Assembly: GCA_001771185.1 (NCBI GenBank)
Contig: METB01000001.1
Coordinates: 439,200-503,199 of the forward strand
Source: a candidate division Kazan bacterium RIFCSPHIGHO2_01_FULL_44_14
GTDB taxonomy: Bacteria; Patescibacteriota; Kazan-3B-28
Length of the DNA: 64,000 nt
Direction of reading: 5' to 3'
The translations under genes and the position numbers were made by a program. This document shows positions 9,353 to 20,424 of the stretch, piece after piece. Under the pieces are notes generated by a model, which was given only the letters and a program-made list of their open reading frames with translations, was not told where the DNA came from and ran no database searches. Position 1 is the first letter of the stretch, and each line of letters starts with the position of its first letter.

Positions 9353-12300
9353 ATGGAGTTCGTGCATTTACATGTGCATAGCCACTACAGTTTATTGGAC
9401 GGTCTATCTAAAGTGCCGGATTTAGTAGAACGGGCCAAACAGCAAGGAGCGACGGCCTTGGCTTTAACCGACCATGGCGTAATGTATGGTGCGATTGAGT
9501 TTTATCAGGCCTGTAAGAAGGCAGAGATAAAACCGATTATTGGTAATGAAATCTATGTGACCCAAGGGAGCATTACTGATCGGGAATTAAAGCGGGGAGA
9601 AAAGAATTTTTATCATCTGACTCTACTGGCTAAAGACCACGAGGGTTATGTGAATTTAATGCGATTAACGACCGAGGCGCATCTGCGCGGATTTTATTAT
9701 CGGCCACGGGTTGATCACGATACATTGGCTAAATATGCCAAGGGGTTAGTGTGTTTGTCGGGGTGTTTGGGAGGGGAGTTGGCCCAGACCATTTTGCATG
9801 GGAACCCAGAACAAGTTAAGCAGTTGGCATTGTGGCACAAAAATCTGTTTGGCGAGGATTACTATTTGGAACTACAGCATCATCCAAATTTAGCTGATCA
9901 GCAAACAGTCAACAATGCTCTAATTGGTTTAAGCCAAGAACTGGATATCCCATTGGTAGTGACTGCCGATTCGCACTATCTGTGTGCGGATGATTCAGAA
10001 GCGCAAGATGTGTTGTTGTGTGTTCAGACCGGAGCCAAGGTGGACGATATAAACCGATTCTCAATGAAAGGGGAAGTGTTTGATTTGCGCAATCCGCAGG
10101 AAATCATCGATGCTTTTGCCCATGTGCCCGAGGCAGCTACTAACACGGTTAAAATAGCAGACAAATGCAATTTGGAAATTCCAACTGGCGGGATGATTCT
10201 ACCGGCTTTTGATTTACCGGAAGGCGCCACTCTTCAAGATTATTTTAATCAGGAACTAGACAAGGGTTTGATTCGACGGTTTGGACTGGATATCCCTGAA
10301 GCCGTGCGGACATTGGCTGATTTTGAGGTATCAGTTATTTCTCAAATGGGATATCAGAGTTATTTTTTGATTGTGGCGGATTTTGTGAACTGGGCCAAAC
10401 GGCAGGGGATTTTGGTTGGACCAGGTCGAGGTAGTGCGGCTGGAAGTATGGTGTCGTATGCACTGGGGATTACCAGCATTGACCCGATTAAACATGGTTT
10501 GCTGTTTGAGCGATTTTTGAATCCAGAACGCGTCTCGATGCCGGACATTGATTTGGATTTTGCGGATGACCGAAGAGGCGAAGTAATCGAGTATGTCATC
10601 CAAAAGTATGGCCGTGGTCGGGTGGCTCAAATTGTTACATTTGGAACAATGGCTTCAAGATCAGCAATCCGAGATGTTGGTCGGGCAATCGGAATGAGTT
10701 ATGGCGAAGTCGATCGGATTGCCAAAATGGTACCGCCCCCCCAACAGGGGAAGTACACGCCATTGTCGGTCCACATCCAAAATGTGCCGGAACTGACCGG
10801 AGTGTATGCTTCGAGCGAACAAGCAAAACATTTGTTGGATTTAGCCCAAAAGATGGAGGGGACAATCCGACATGCCTCCACTCATGCGGCCGGGGTGGTG
10901 ATTAGTGATAAGGATTTGACTCACTATACTCCATTGCAGTATTCACCGACAGGCGATCAGCAGTTGATTACCCAATATTCAATGTATCCAGTTGAAGCCG
11001 TCGGATTACTTAAAATGGACTTTTTGGGGCTGAAGAACTTAACTATTATTAAGAATTCATTAAGGATTATTCGGAAAATCCATCATTTAGAATTAGATTT
11101 GGACAAATTGCCATTTGATGATGCCAAAACATTTGAACTGCTGGCAGCGGCCAATACCACGGGGATTTTTCAATTAGAAGGCGATGGAATGCGCCGGTAT
11201 TTGAAAGAACTTAAACCAACTGTATTTGATGATGTAGTGGCAATGGTAGCGATGTATCGGCCAGGTCCGATCGAATTTGTGCCAGATTTTATTGCTAGAA
11301 AACATGGTCAAAAAAAGATCGAATACCTCCATCCGAAACTAGAGCCAATTCTTAAATCGACCTATGGAATTGCAGTGTACCAGGAACAGGTGATGCATAT
11401 CGCTCGTGAATTGTGCGGGTTCACTCGCGGAGAAGCGGATGTGTTGCGGAAAGCCATGGGGAAGAAAATCCCGAAACTGCTAGCTGAACAAAAAGAAAAA
11501 TTTATTAATGGGGCGATTGCTAATCAGGTGAGTGATGCAGCCGCTCAACAATTGTGGCATTTTGTCGAACCGTTCGGATTATATGGATTCAACCGAGCGC
11601 ATTCAGTTAGTTATGCGACCATTTCATACTGGACGGCTTATTTGAAAGCCCATTTCCCCAATGCATTTATGGCGGCACTGATGACCTCGGACCAACAGGA
11701 CTTGGACAAAATCGCTAAGAATATAGGTGAATGCGAGCATATGGGAATCAAGGTTTTGCCACCATCAGTGAATCGTAGTTTTACTGGTTTCGCGGTAGTA
11801 AAAGAAACCGGTGACATCACTTTTGGATTAAACGCCATTAAAAATGTTGGGCAGAAGGTTTCGGATACAATCGCGGAAGAAAGGCAAACCAATGGGGTGT
11901 ATCAAGATTTAACTGATTTTGTAAAGCGGGCCGGACGAGAGGTGATTAACAAAAAGACCGTGGAGAGTTTGGTTTTGGCGGGAGCGTTGGATGAGTTTGG
12001 TGATCGAAAAATAATTTTTAATAATCTAGATAATATTTTAAAATATGCTTCGGGCTACTATTTAAGGCGGGACTCGACCCAAGAGGCATTATTTGGGGAA
12101 ACCGAAGTTGGCGGGGCAGAAACGATTCAATTGCAAATAGGGGAGACCGCAACTGATCGAGAAAAATTAACTTGGGAACGAGAGTATTTGGGGACCTTTG
12201 TATCGCAACATCCTTTGAAAGAAATTATGCCGAAATTGCAGGGGATAGTTAGGCCAATTCGAGAGTTGTCTAATTTAGACGACAATCAGATGGGCAAGGT

Positions 12301-12868
12301 GGCAGGGGTAGTAACTCGAGTGCAGAAAGTATTTACCAAGAACGGGGATGCAATGTTGTTTGTCAATCTAGAGGATTTGGGTGGGACAATAGAGGTGATT
12401 GTTTTTCCGAAAGTGTTTGAACAGACCATAACAATTTGGGAGCGGGATAAAGTCGTATTAATTACTGGTAAGGTGAATGTGAAAGAGCGAGCCGAAACCC
12501 AAGGCGATAATATTGTAATGGTAGCCGAGCCAAAGATTATCGTGGCTGAAGCCGTCGAAGTAACCGATGCCTACATCGGTCAATTGCAAAAGGCCGATAC
12601 TATGTTGGCTCCAAGAACAACGGTTCCAATCTCTCCACTTGAGCAATATGACAATGAGATACTAATTAAGTTGCCTAAGGGATTTGGCAACGGCCAATTA
12701 CAGGAGTTAAAAAATATATTGGAACAACATCCAGGTGATTTGAATGTGACTCTAGAACTATTTACTCAAGGTCGGTGGCAGACAATTAAAACAAGTACCA
12801 AGGCCGGTATGACTCCGGCACTAGAACAAGCAGTTGTTAAATTGACGACTGGGCAACTTACCAATTAG
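9353..12868 (+). CDS. dnaE: DNA polymerase III alpha subunit
   Basis: PHP HLHVHS, GRGSAAGS, MPDIDLD, KMDFLGL, C-terminal OB fold. Confidence 0.98.
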   Translation: MEFVHLHVHSHYSLLDGLSKVPDLVERAKQQGATALALTDHGVMYGAIEFYQACKKAEIKPIIGNEIYVTQGSITDRELKRGEKNFYHLTLLAKDHEGYVNLMRLTTEAHLRGFYYRPRVDHDTLAKYAKGLVCLSGCLGGELAQTILHGNPEQVKQLALWHKNLFGEDYYLELQHHPNLADQQTVNNALIGLSQELDIPLVVTADSHYLCADDSEAQDVLLCVQTGAKVDDINRFSMKGEVFDLRNPQEIIDAFAHVPEAATNTVKIADKCNLEIPTGGMILPAFDLPEGATLQDYFNQELDKGLIRRFGLDIPEAVRTLADFEVSVISQMGYQSYFLIVADFVNWAKRQGILVGPGRGSAAGSMVSYALGITSIDPIKHGLLFERFLNPERVSMPDIDLDFADDRRGEVIEYVIQKYGRGRVAQIVTFGTMASRSAIRDVGRAIGMSYGEVDRIAKMVPPPQQGKYTPLSVHIQNVPELTGVYASSEQAKHLLDLAQKMEGTIRHASTHAAGVVISDKDLTHYTPLQYSPTGDQQLITQYSMYPVEAVGLLKMDFLGLKNLTIIKNSLRIIRKIHHLELDLDKLPFDDAKTFELLAAANTTGIFQLEGDGMRRYLKELKPTVFDDVVAMVAMYRPGPIEFVPDFIARKHGQKKIEYLHPKLEPILKSTYGIAVYQEQVMHIARELCGFTRGEADVLRKAMGKKIPKLLAEQKEKFINGAIANQVSDAAAQQLWHFVEPFGLYGFNRAHSVSYATISYWTAYLKAHFPNAFMAALMTSDQQDLDKIAKNIGECEHMGIKVLPPSVNRSFTGFAVVKETGDITFGLNAIKNVGQKVSDTIAEERQTNGVYQDLTDFVKRAGREVINKKTVESLVLAGALDEFGDRKIIFNNLDNILKYASGYYLRRDSTQEALFGETEVGGAETIQLQIGETATDREKLTWEREYLGTFVSQHPLKEIMPKLQGIVRPIRELSNLDDNQMGKVAGVVTRVQKVFTKNGDAMLFVNLEDLGGTIEVIVFPKVFEQTITIWERDKVVLITGKVNVKERAETQGDNIVMVAEPKIIVAEAVEVTDAYIGQLQKADTMLAPRTTVPISPLEQYDNEILIKLPKGFGNGQLQELKNILEQHPGDLNVTLELFTQGRWQTIKTSTKAGMTPALEQAVVKLTTGQLTN

Positions 12869-12882
12869 GGAGGTGATTCTGA

Positions 12883-14856
12883 TTGTTGTTCAGGCAGTGG
12901 TTGGTCGCAGGTCTTGCGACTGGAGTTTTGGCGACTGCCACTTGGGCGGTCGTGGGGTCAGACAGTATCTGGCAAAACAATGTAGTTGATAAAGGGAAAG
13001 TGGCGAAAGCCAACGGTGAGTTAACCGCCTGGGACAAAGTACCACTCGGCAACCGACATCCATGGATTCTAGTTCATGGGTTACATCAGGATAATGCAAC
13101 CGTTGATGGGATGTCGCCAAATAACGCTAGGCGATTATTTCAGTTGCCGATGACTAATTTTCAGGCGATTTACCGAGACGATTTCAATCTAGAGTTGTTG
13201 GCGGATGTGAAACCATTTCTGTTTACTTACAATTCCGAACGAGACGACAACGAGATTGCCAAAGATCTAAACGCATTAATTGAAAGCAACCCAGAATTGA
13301 CTGGAGCCAAAGTCAAGTTGGTATTTCTGGTCCACAGTAAGGGCGGATGTATTACTGACAACTATGTAGTGAATTTCGGAAATCGGAAATTCTTGCGTGG
13401 GGTAACGTTAGGTTCTCCGCTGGTTGGGACAGTTGCTGCTTCGCGTGATGAAATGGGTAAAGCGTCAAAGAAACTTTATCCACTCCTAGGGAAGAAATTG
13501 ATGACAGTAATTGAGAAGGGAATTAATTTTGACTCTCTCGGGGTGCAGTGGTTGAGATGGCGTAATGATGGACTAATGCGATTGCATCAAGTTAGACCGC
13601 TAGACAACCGATGGTATCTGTATGCCGGAGAAATTAAGCCGGTATCAAACAATTTCATTGCTCGTAATATTCAATTGGCTTTACTGGCCGACTCGGTATT
13701 CATTGGTAAATTAGGAAACGAGGGGGATTTCTATTTACCGTTGTGTGCCGGGTTGATTAAGCAGGCGGGTGGAGGAAAAAGCGATGGGTTGGTTCCGATT
13801 GATTCAGCTCATGCGGTTGGTTTTACCCAAGGGGCAAAATTACGGCTAGAAAATGATTGTGACCACTACGAAATTTTGCAAGGTCGGCAAGGTGATTTGG
13901 CGTTGCATCGCCAGATTCTGTACGACCTACTAACTTTTGTTCCGGGGGAAAAAGACGATTTTAATTTGGACATGTGGTTGCCAGAAGTCCCTTCGATTGA
14001 TTTGCCGAAACTATCACAGAGCAATCTAAATGAAGCGAGAGTGGTTTGGATAGATAGTCGGGGTCAATTGCAAGTAGCAGATAAGAGCGGTACTAATATC
14101 AAAGAGTTGTCTCTGCCCGGTCGATTTAATTGGCCGAGTTGGGATGGGTCTGACATTGTGGTGGCGCGGACACAAAATGGTGCTAGCGATATCGTGCGGG
14201 TTAAATCAGACGGTAAAATGGTCAAATTGACCACCGATGGGACTAGTACTCTGCCGTCAGTAATGAATGGCCAATTAGTATGTGTCAGTGATGACCAACT
14301 TATTTTACGAGATGCTAGTGGGGCTTCCGCAGTTATCTTGGGAGATAAACTTGATTTGGTTGGTCCGCCAGTAATTTTTGCCGACAAAATTTATTTTGCG
14401 CACAAGAAGTCGACAAAAACTGACTTATATTGGATCAGCATTAACCAACGCGGTGCTAAGTTGTCTGATGCCAAGCAAGTCATGGCAGATATTGTTCGCC
14501 CAATTAGAGTCGGCGACTTCTTACTAGGTGTCAGCCAGAGCGGAGAGGTCAAAGCGGTCTTGGGTGGTTGGCTGGGGTTTACCGAAATTAGTTTGCCGTC
14601 TTCAATCAAAGCCAGTCGGAAGTTCATTCCAACCCAGACGGAAGTAGATATCGATGATATAACTGGCGAATTGTATGTGGTAGCGGATGGCCGAGTTCGG
14701 TATCTCGATTACCAAGTGCTGGCGACCTACGCGCCAGATTGGGCTAAGGAGTTGACGGTGGCTACTCTGGAGAAAAGAACGGCCACTTTAGTGGTTCCAT
14801 CTTTGGACGAGTTGGCCCCACCCCTTGGAGAGGGGTCACAAATCGATGTTAAGTGA
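12883..14856 (+). CDS. secreted alpha/beta-hydrolase with C-terminal beta-rich repeats
   Basis: N-terminal hydrophobic segment, LVHGL oxyanion motif, VHSKGG nucleophile elbow, SDGLVP, DH. Confidence 0.65.
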   Translation: MLFRQWLVAGLATGVLATATWAVVGSDSIWQNNVVDKGKVAKANGELTAWDKVPLGNRHPWILVHGLHQDNATVDGMSPNNARRLFQLPMTNFQAIYRDDFNLELLADVKPFLFTYNSERDDNEIAKDLNALIESNPELTGAKVKLVFLVHSKGGCITDNYVVNFGNRKFLRGVTLGSPLVGTVAASRDEMGKASKKLYPLLGKKLMTVIEKGINFDSLGVQWLRWRNDGLMRLHQVRPLDNRWYLYAGEIKPVSNNFIARNIQLALLADSVFIGKLGNEGDFYLPLCAGLIKQAGGGKSDGLVPIDSAHAVGFTQGAKLRLENDCDHYEILQGRQGDLALHRQILYDLLTFVPGEKDDFNLDMWLPEVPSIDLPKLSQSNLNEARVVWIDSRGQLQVADKSGTNIKELSLPGRFNWPSWDGSDIVVARTQNGASDIVRVKSDGKMVKLTTDGTSTLPSVMNGQLVCVSDDQLILRDASGASAVILGDKLDLVGPPVIFADKIYFAHKKSTKTDLYWISINQRGAKLSDAKQVMADIVRPIRVGDFLLGVSQSGEVKAVLGGWLGFTEISLPSSIKASRKFIPTQTEVDIDDITGELYVVADGRVRYLDYQVLATYAPDWAKELTVATLEKRTATLVVPSLDELAPPLGEGSQIDVK

Positions 14857-14861
14857 TTTTC

Positions 14862-14895
14862 CGGTCCTGCTGTTATCAGTGGGGCCGGTTTTTTT
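14862..14895 (+). terminator. intrinsic terminator
   Basis: cggtcctgctg-ttat-cagtggggccg hairpin followed by T7. Confidence 0.65.
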
Positions 14896-14938
14896 AACTA
14901 TTGCCTGGGAGGGGAGGTTTTGCTAGTATGCTAGGGTT

Positions 14939-15625
14939 ATGAATTTAGCAGAACCTATCCTCCAACTCTTTCGGAAGAAAACTATTCCCGAGATTTCGGT
15001 CGGGGATGTGGTACGGGTGCATCAAAGAATCCGTGAGGGTGACAAAGAGAGAGTCCAGGTGTTCGAAGGGATCATAATCGCCAGACACGGCAAAACCTCT
15101 TTGGATGCTACTTTTACCGTACGCAAGATTGCTTCTGGGGTTGGGGTGGAAAAAGTTTATCTGTTGCATTCGCCGAACATTGTTAAGGTTGAGTTTAAAC
15201 GGGGCTCTGATGTACGTCGGGCCAAGTTGTATTATTTGCGTAAGTTGTCAGGCAAGTCGCTTCGGATGAAAGACAAGACAACCAATAAGGTAGCTTGGGA
15301 AGAAGTGTTGGGCGGGACCGATACTCCAACTGAAGCCAGTGAAGCGGATATTGCTGAAGCGGTGGTGGCTGAAGAAGCCAAGCGGGCCAGTGAACAAGTG
15401 GCCACTGAACCAGACGGTAGTGATGAGGCGACCGAGTCAGTAAGCGGTACAATGGAATCAGAGGGCGAAGTCGCTAACGAAGCGAATGATAATCAGCCAC
15501 CTTCAAGCGAGGTCAAGGATGAATCAACCAACGCGGGGGGCGAACAATCAGTCAGTGAGTCAGTCGACGTCGACAACCCAACCGAATCTGCAAATCGAGC
15601 AGGAGATTCAAAAGACCGGGCTTAA
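14939..15625 (+). CDS. rplS: 50S ribosomal protein L19 with long acidic C-terminal extension
   Basis: GDVVRVH..KERVQVFEG..FTVRK..GVE..VRRAKLYYLR. Confidence 0.95.
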   Translation: MNLAEPILQLFRKKTIPEISVGDVVRVHQRIREGDKERVQVFEGIIIARHGKTSLDATFTVRKIASGVGVEKVYLLHSPNIVKVEFKRGSDVRRAKLYYLRKLSGKSLRMKDKTTNKVAWEEVLGGTDTPTEASEADIAEAVVAEEAKRASEQVATEPDGSDEATESVSGTMESEGEVANEANDNQPPSSEVKDESTNAGGEQSVSESVDVDNPTESANRAGDSKDRA

Positions 15626-16214
15626 ATTAATCGCAGGAGTGGATGAAGCCGGTCGGGGAGCATGGGCCGGACCAGTAGTAGCAGCCGCAGTAGTGTTGCC
15701 GGTTTTGGATAAGACACATGGAATTAATGATTCTAAACAATTGACTCCAGCACAACGGGAGAAGTTGTTTAAGAAGATTCATGGTCTGGCTTTGGCAGTA
15801 GGAGTTGGGATAGCGGATGTCGCAGAGATTAATCGGATGGGAGTGGGCCAAGCAAGTTTTGTAGCGATGCAGCGAGCAGTTGATAATTTAGAAATTAAAC
15901 CCGAACATATTTTAGTTGATGGTTATCGAGTGAATTTTATCCAAGCTCCGGCTAGCGGAATTATTGATGGGGATGCAAAGTCATTATCAATCGCCGCGGC
16001 TTCAATTGTGGCTAAAGTGACCCGCGATAAAATTATGACCGAAGCTCATAATAAATACCCGCGATTTGGGTTTGCGATTCATAAAGGGTATGGCACGGTT
16101 TTACATCGGGAACGCATTGCCAAGCACGGAACTTGTGCTTGGCATAGAAAGAATTTTGCTCCCATTCGTCAAATTATTACTGGAAGTAAAGTTCAAGTTG
16201 CCTTGCATGGTTAA
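15519..16214 (+). CDS. rnhB: ribonuclease HII (start uncertain: 15486/15519/15555)
   Basis: GVDEAGRG, DSK, DG, IAAASIVAKVTRD, HKGYGT. Confidence 0.95.
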   Translation: MNQPTRGANNQSVSQSTSTTQPNLQIEQEIQKTGLKLIAGVDEAGRGAWAGPVVAAAVVLPVLDKTHGINDSKQLTPAQREKLFKKIHGLALAVGVGIADVAEINRMGVGQASFVAMQRAVDNLEIKPEHILVDGYRVNFIQAPASGIIDGDAKSLSIAAASIVAKVTRDKIMTEAHNKYPRFGFAIHKGYGTVLHRERIAKHGTCAWHRKNFAPIRQIITGSKVQVALHG

Positions 16215-16566
16215 TTTAAGAGGACAGTTGGGGGAAGAAGCGGCGGCCGATTATCTCCAGGCCCAAGGGTATGTTGTTGTGGCGCGAAATTGGCGGAGTC
16301 GATTTGGGGAAATTGATATTATTGCCAGGGACGGGAAGACCCTGGCTTTTATTGAGGTAAAGACCCGAAGCCGTCAGCGAGGGAAGTTTGGAACCCCTCT
16401 AGATGCAATCACTCCAGACAAGGTGAGACGCCTAAGTTGGTTAGCAATCGATTTCTCGGCTAGGTATAATCTTAATGTCCCGATTCGGCTGGATGTGGTA
16501 ACGGTGGCCGGGCAGGGAGAGCTCGAACTAATCAAGGGAATTGAACCGGTTGACATTAATCGATAA
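16207..16566 (+). CDS. YraN family nuclease
   Basis: G..GE..A..YL, RNWR..GEIDII, FIEVKTR; follows rnhB as usual. Confidence 0.9.
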   Translation: MVNLRGQLGEEAAADYLQAQGYVVVARNWRSRFGEIDIIARDGKTLAFIEVKTRSRQRGKFGTPLDAITPDKVRRLSWLAIDFSARYNLNVPIRLDVVTVAGQGELELIKGIEPVDINR

Positions 16567-16578
16567 ATTGGCTATACT
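16550..16578 (+). promoter_or_regulatory. sigma70 promoter of nusA
   Basis: TTGACA-17bp-TATACT. Confidence 0.75.
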
Positions 16579-16650
16579 CCAGGTAGATATTAGAGTAAAT
16601 GAAGTAGGTTGAAGATCAACCTGCTTTGTTTTTAAAACATTTTTACAAGT

Positions 16651-17859
16651 ATGACATCAGAACTGTTGTCTGCGATTGCTCAAATTGCTGAAGAAAAAGG
16701 CATCTCAAAAGAGGCCGTATTAGAGACGGTAGAAGCGGCCTTGGCGGCAGCTTACCGAAAGGACTTTGGTCAAAAAGAACAAACGGTGGTGGCTCAACTT
16801 GATCCTAAAAGTGAAAAGACCAGGTTGTTTGTGGTACATAAGATTGTCGAAGAAGTTGAGGATCCGATGAAGGAAATTACGCTGAAAGATGCTAAAAAAA
16901 TTGATAAGAAAGCTACGGTTGGCGGTGAAATCAGAGAAGAAGTTTTTCCGCCGGCTGAATATGGTCGGGTGGCGGCCCAAACTGCTAAGCAAGTCATTCT
17001 TCAGCGGTTGAGAGAAGCCGAACGGGATGTGATTTTCAAGGAATATAAAGATAAAGAAGGGACCCTGATTACCGGAACAATTCAGCGGGTCGAGGGTGAT
17101 GTGGTGATGATTGATATCGGGAAGACCACTGGAATTTTGTTCCCCTCCGAACAGTCGCGAGCCGATCACTACTATGTTAGTCAGCGGATGAAGTTTTACG
17201 TGGTAAAAGTTGATGATTCCGGTAAAGAACCCCAAGTATTGCTATCTCGGTCACATCCAGAAATGATTAAACGGTTATTTGAGATGGAAGTGCCAGAGAT
17301 TGGGGCTGGTTCAGTTGAAATCAAAGGCGTGGCCAGAGAAGCTGGAGTTCGGTCTAAAGTCGCTGTTCATTCTTTGCAAGAAGCCGTTGACCCAGTTGGT
17401 TCGTTGGTGGGCCGCCGAGGCGTTCGAGTTCAAGCAGTTATGTCGGAGATTGGTGATGAAAAAATCGACATTGTGCTGTGGAATTCGGATATTAAGCAAT
17501 ACATCACCAATGCCCTGTCTCCTGCTAAAATTAAAGAAGTGGTGTTAGAGGAAAATAACCATTCGGCCCTGATCAAAGTGGAACCCGATCAGTTGTCTCT
17601 AGCCATCGGTCGGGCAGGGCAAAATGTTCGGCTGGCAAGCAAACTGACTGGTTGGCAGATCGAAGTAGAGAAGGGCCCTATGGTCAAGGCCACCACCGAA
17701 CCAGCAACAGAAGAAGATGCGGTAGTTGGGACCACCGAAGTCAGCGAAGAGGCGAATGCAGAACCAGTAGTTGGTACGGATGAAGAGAAGGCCGAAGTTG
17801 AAACACCGGCCGAACCGACCACCGAAGAGGCGCCCAAGCCAGACGAATTAGCTAAGTAA
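16651..17859 (+). CDS. nusA: transcription factor NusA
   Basis: GRVAAQTAKQVI, S1 and KH domains, LAIGRAGQNVRLAS. Confidence 0.97.
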   Translation: MTSELLSAIAQIAEEKGISKEAVLETVEAALAAAYRKDFGQKEQTVVAQLDPKSEKTRLFVVHKIVEEVEDPMKEITLKDAKKIDKKATVGGEIREEVFPPAEYGRVAAQTAKQVILQRLREAERDVIFKEYKDKEGTLITGTIQRVEGDVVMIDIGKTTGILFPSEQSRADHYYVSQRMKFYVVKVDDSGKEPQVLLSRSHPEMIKRLFEMEVPEIGAGSVEIKGVAREAGVRSKVAVHSLQEAVDPVGSLVGRRGVRVQAVMSEIGDEKIDIVLWNSDIKQYITNALSPAKIKEVVLEENNHSALIKVEPDQLSLAIGRAGQNVRLASKLTGWQIEVEKGPMVKATTEPATEEDAVVGTTEVSEEANAEPVVGTDEEKAEVETPAEPTTEEAPKPDELAK

Positions 17860-17880
17860 TACTTTTTATTAAGGGGGACT

Positions 17881-20379
17881 ATGGAGAATTACTTTCTCGA
17901 CAAATTTACTACCAACGCCAAAAAGGTGCTGACCAATGCTCAAAAGGTAGCCCGTGATTTGGGCAATATGCATTTAGGAACCGAGCATTTGTTGATGGCG
18001 ATGCTGAACATCAAGAGCGGAACGGCTTATGAAATTTTGAGCGGGTTTGGAATTAGTGTCGAGAAGGCCGAGATGGTTCTGTCGATTTTGCAACGTGATG
18101 AAGTTAATCAAACCGGTTTAACCCAATCAGCCAAACGGTTAGTTGAAGGGGCTGTGTTAGTAGGAGCCCAATATGGCAGTTTTTATATTGGCACGGAACA
18201 TTTGCTGTTCGCGATGGTGCAAAACCGATCGAGTAAGGCCTATGCGATGTTGTTAGAATTGGGCGTTGATCCGGGAGTGATTGCAACTCAAGTTGCGCAT
18301 TATATGCAGGAAAATCGGGAACGCGATCCGCGGGTACGAGTGGGAGCAGACGAGGCCAAAGACGGCAAAAGTAGCACTCCGGCGTTGGATCAATTCAGTG
18401 TGGACATTACTCAATTGGCTCGGGATGGAAAGATTGACCCAGTGATTGGTCGGGACAAAGAAATCGCTCGAGTAATTCAAATCTTGAATCGGCGAACTAA
18501 AAATAATCCAGTCCTAATTGGTGAACCAGGAATTGGCAAGACCGCGATTGTGGAAGGGCTGGCTTTACATGTTAATGCTGGTCAGGTGCCTGATAATTTG
18601 CAGAACAAACGGATTATGGCATTGAGTCCGTCCGCTATGGTAGCGGGAACTAAATATCGGGGAGAGTTCGAGGATCGGGTTAATCAAATTGTCGAGGAAG
18701 TCAAAGCCGCTCAAGATGTAGTTTTATTTGTTGATGAACTACATACTTTGGTTGGAGCGGGGAGTGCCGAGGGAAGTTTGGATGCAGCTAATATTTTAAA
18801 ACCGGCGCTGGCTCGCGGTAATTTGCAAATGATCGGGGCAACTACGCTGGATGAGTATCGCAAGCATATTGAAAAGGACGCGGCGTTGGAACGAAGATTC
18901 CAGCCGATTACGGTGAGTGAACCGACGCCGGAAGACACGGTCAAGATCATTCAGGGGGTTAGGCAAAATTATGAAAATCATCACAAGGTAGCGATTACCG
19001 ATCAGTCGATCGAGGCAGCCGTGAATTTGTCGGTTCGGTATATTAACGATCGATTCTTGCCAGACAAGGCCATTGATTTGATTGATGAAGCGGCTTCGAT
19101 GGTTCGGATTGCGGCTGGTTTAAATGAACCAACAATGGCTAAGACAGAGAAAGAAGAACTCGATAAAATTGTGTCGTTGAAAGAAGAAGTAATTGATCGG
19201 CAGGATTTTGAAGAGGCCGCCAAATTGCGGGCTCAAGAATTACGGCTCAAAAAGAAAATTGATACTTTGCACAAAAAGACCGCCAAGCAAGGTATGGATG
19301 GTTGGCCAAAAGTTGAAGCCAAAGATATTGCCAAGGTCGTGTCGCAGTGGACTAATATTCCGGTGGGGAACTTAGCCGCCGAGGAGATTGAGCAGTTAGC
19401 TAATTTAGAAAATGTGTTGCGGGCTCGGATTATCGGGCAGAACGAAGCAATCGAAGCAATCGCTTCAGCCATCAAACGGTCCAGGGTGGATATTGGCAAC
19501 CCAGATCGGCCGATGGGTTCGTTCTTGTTTTTGGGCCCAACCGGAGTAGGGAAAACTGAATTAGCCAAGGTTTTGGCGGAAGAGGTATTTAAAGACAAAG
19601 ACGCATTGATCAAAATTGACATGAGCGAATTCATGGAACGGCACGCGGTGTCGAGGTTGGTCGGAGCGCCTCCGGGATATGTGGGTTACGACGAGGCAGG
19701 TAAGTTGACCGAAGCGGTCCGGCGGAAGCCCTATTCGGTGGTATTGATGGATGAAATTGAAAAAGCCCATCCCGAAGTGATGAATATTTTATTACAAGTA
19801 TTAGAAGATGGGTTCTTAAGCGATGCCAAGGGTCGACGGGTCAGTTTCAAAAACACAATCGTGATTTTAACTTCCAATGTTGGGACTGAGCTTCTCAATC
19901 GGCAAGCAGTAGTTGGTTTCCACAAGGGAAGTGAAGCATCTTTGGATTATGAAAAAACCAAAGAACAAGTGATGGACGAAGTGAAGCGCAGATTCCGGCC
20001 GGAGTTAATTAATCGATTCGATAAGGTAATTGTATTCAGACCCTTGGGGGCCAAAGAAATTCAACGAATCGTTGATTTACAGTTGGAGGATTTGATGAGA
20101 CGGTTAACCAAGCAGCAAATTGGCCTGGAAGTGAGTGACCCAGCCAAGGGCTGGTTAGCCGATCGGGGGTTCGAACCGGAACTAGGGGCTAGACCGGTCA
20201 GACGGTTAATCCAGACCAAGATTGAGGACCCATTAGCGGAAGGTATCTTGAATAAAACCTTTACTAAGGGTAGTGTGGTACGGGTAGACAAAAATGCTCA
20301 AGAACTGCGGCTTAGTTTGGTGGGTGAGGCGAATACCCTAAAATCCTCTCCCCGGCGTCGAGCCAAGGTCAAAGTGTGA
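17881..20379 (+). CDS. clpC: ATP-dependent Clp protease ATPase ClpC
   Basis: Clp N repeats, two AAA modules ([16 protein letters not shown]), UVR-like middle domain. Confidence 0.93.
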   Translation: MENYFLDKFTTNAKKVLTNAQKVARDLGNMHLGTEHLLMAMLNIKSGTAYEILSGFGISVEKAEMVLSILQRDEVNQTGLTQSAKRLVEGAVLVGAQYGSFYIGTEHLLFAMVQNRSSKAYAMLLELGVDPGVIATQVAHYMQENRERDPRVRVGADEAKDGKSSTPALDQFSVDITQLARDGKIDPVIGRDKEIARVIQILNRRTKNNPVLIGEPGIGKTAIVEGLALHVNAGQVPDNLQNKRIMALSPSAMVAGTKYRGEFEDRVNQIVEEVKAAQDVVLFVDELHTLVGAGSAEGSLDAANILKPALARGNLQMIGATTLDEYRKHIEKDAALERRFQPITVSEPTPEDTVKIIQGVRQNYENHHKVAITDQSIEAAVNLSVRYINDRFLPDKAIDLIDEAASMVRIAAGLNEPTMAKTEKEELDKIVSLKEEVIDRQDFEEAAKLRAQELRLKKKIDTLHKKTAKQGMDGWPKVEAKDIAKVVSQWTNIPVGNLAAEEIEQLANLENVLRARIIGQNEAIEAIASAIKRSRVDIGNPDRPMGSFLFLGPTGVGKTELAKVLAEEVFKDKDALIKIDMSEFMERHAVSRLVGAPPGYVGYDEAGKLTEAVRRKPYSVVLMDEIEKAHPEVMNILLQVLEDGFLSDAKGRRVSFKNTIVILTSNVGTELLNRQAVVGFHKGSEASLDYEKTKEQVMDEVKRRFRPELINRFDKVIVFRPLGAKEIQRIVDLQLEDLMRRLTKQQIGLEVSDPAKGWLADRGFEPELGARPVRRLIQTKIEDPLAEGILNKTFTKGSVVRVDKNAQELRLSLVGEANTLKSSPRRRAKVKV

Positions 20380-20424
20380 CGGGGTTGATTGGTTTTATCT
20401 GTTGGTTTGAGGGATTTATCTAAT

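Noticed and set aside
9353-12868. Intein in DnaE
   Set aside because: Normal length and no intein terminal motifs seen.
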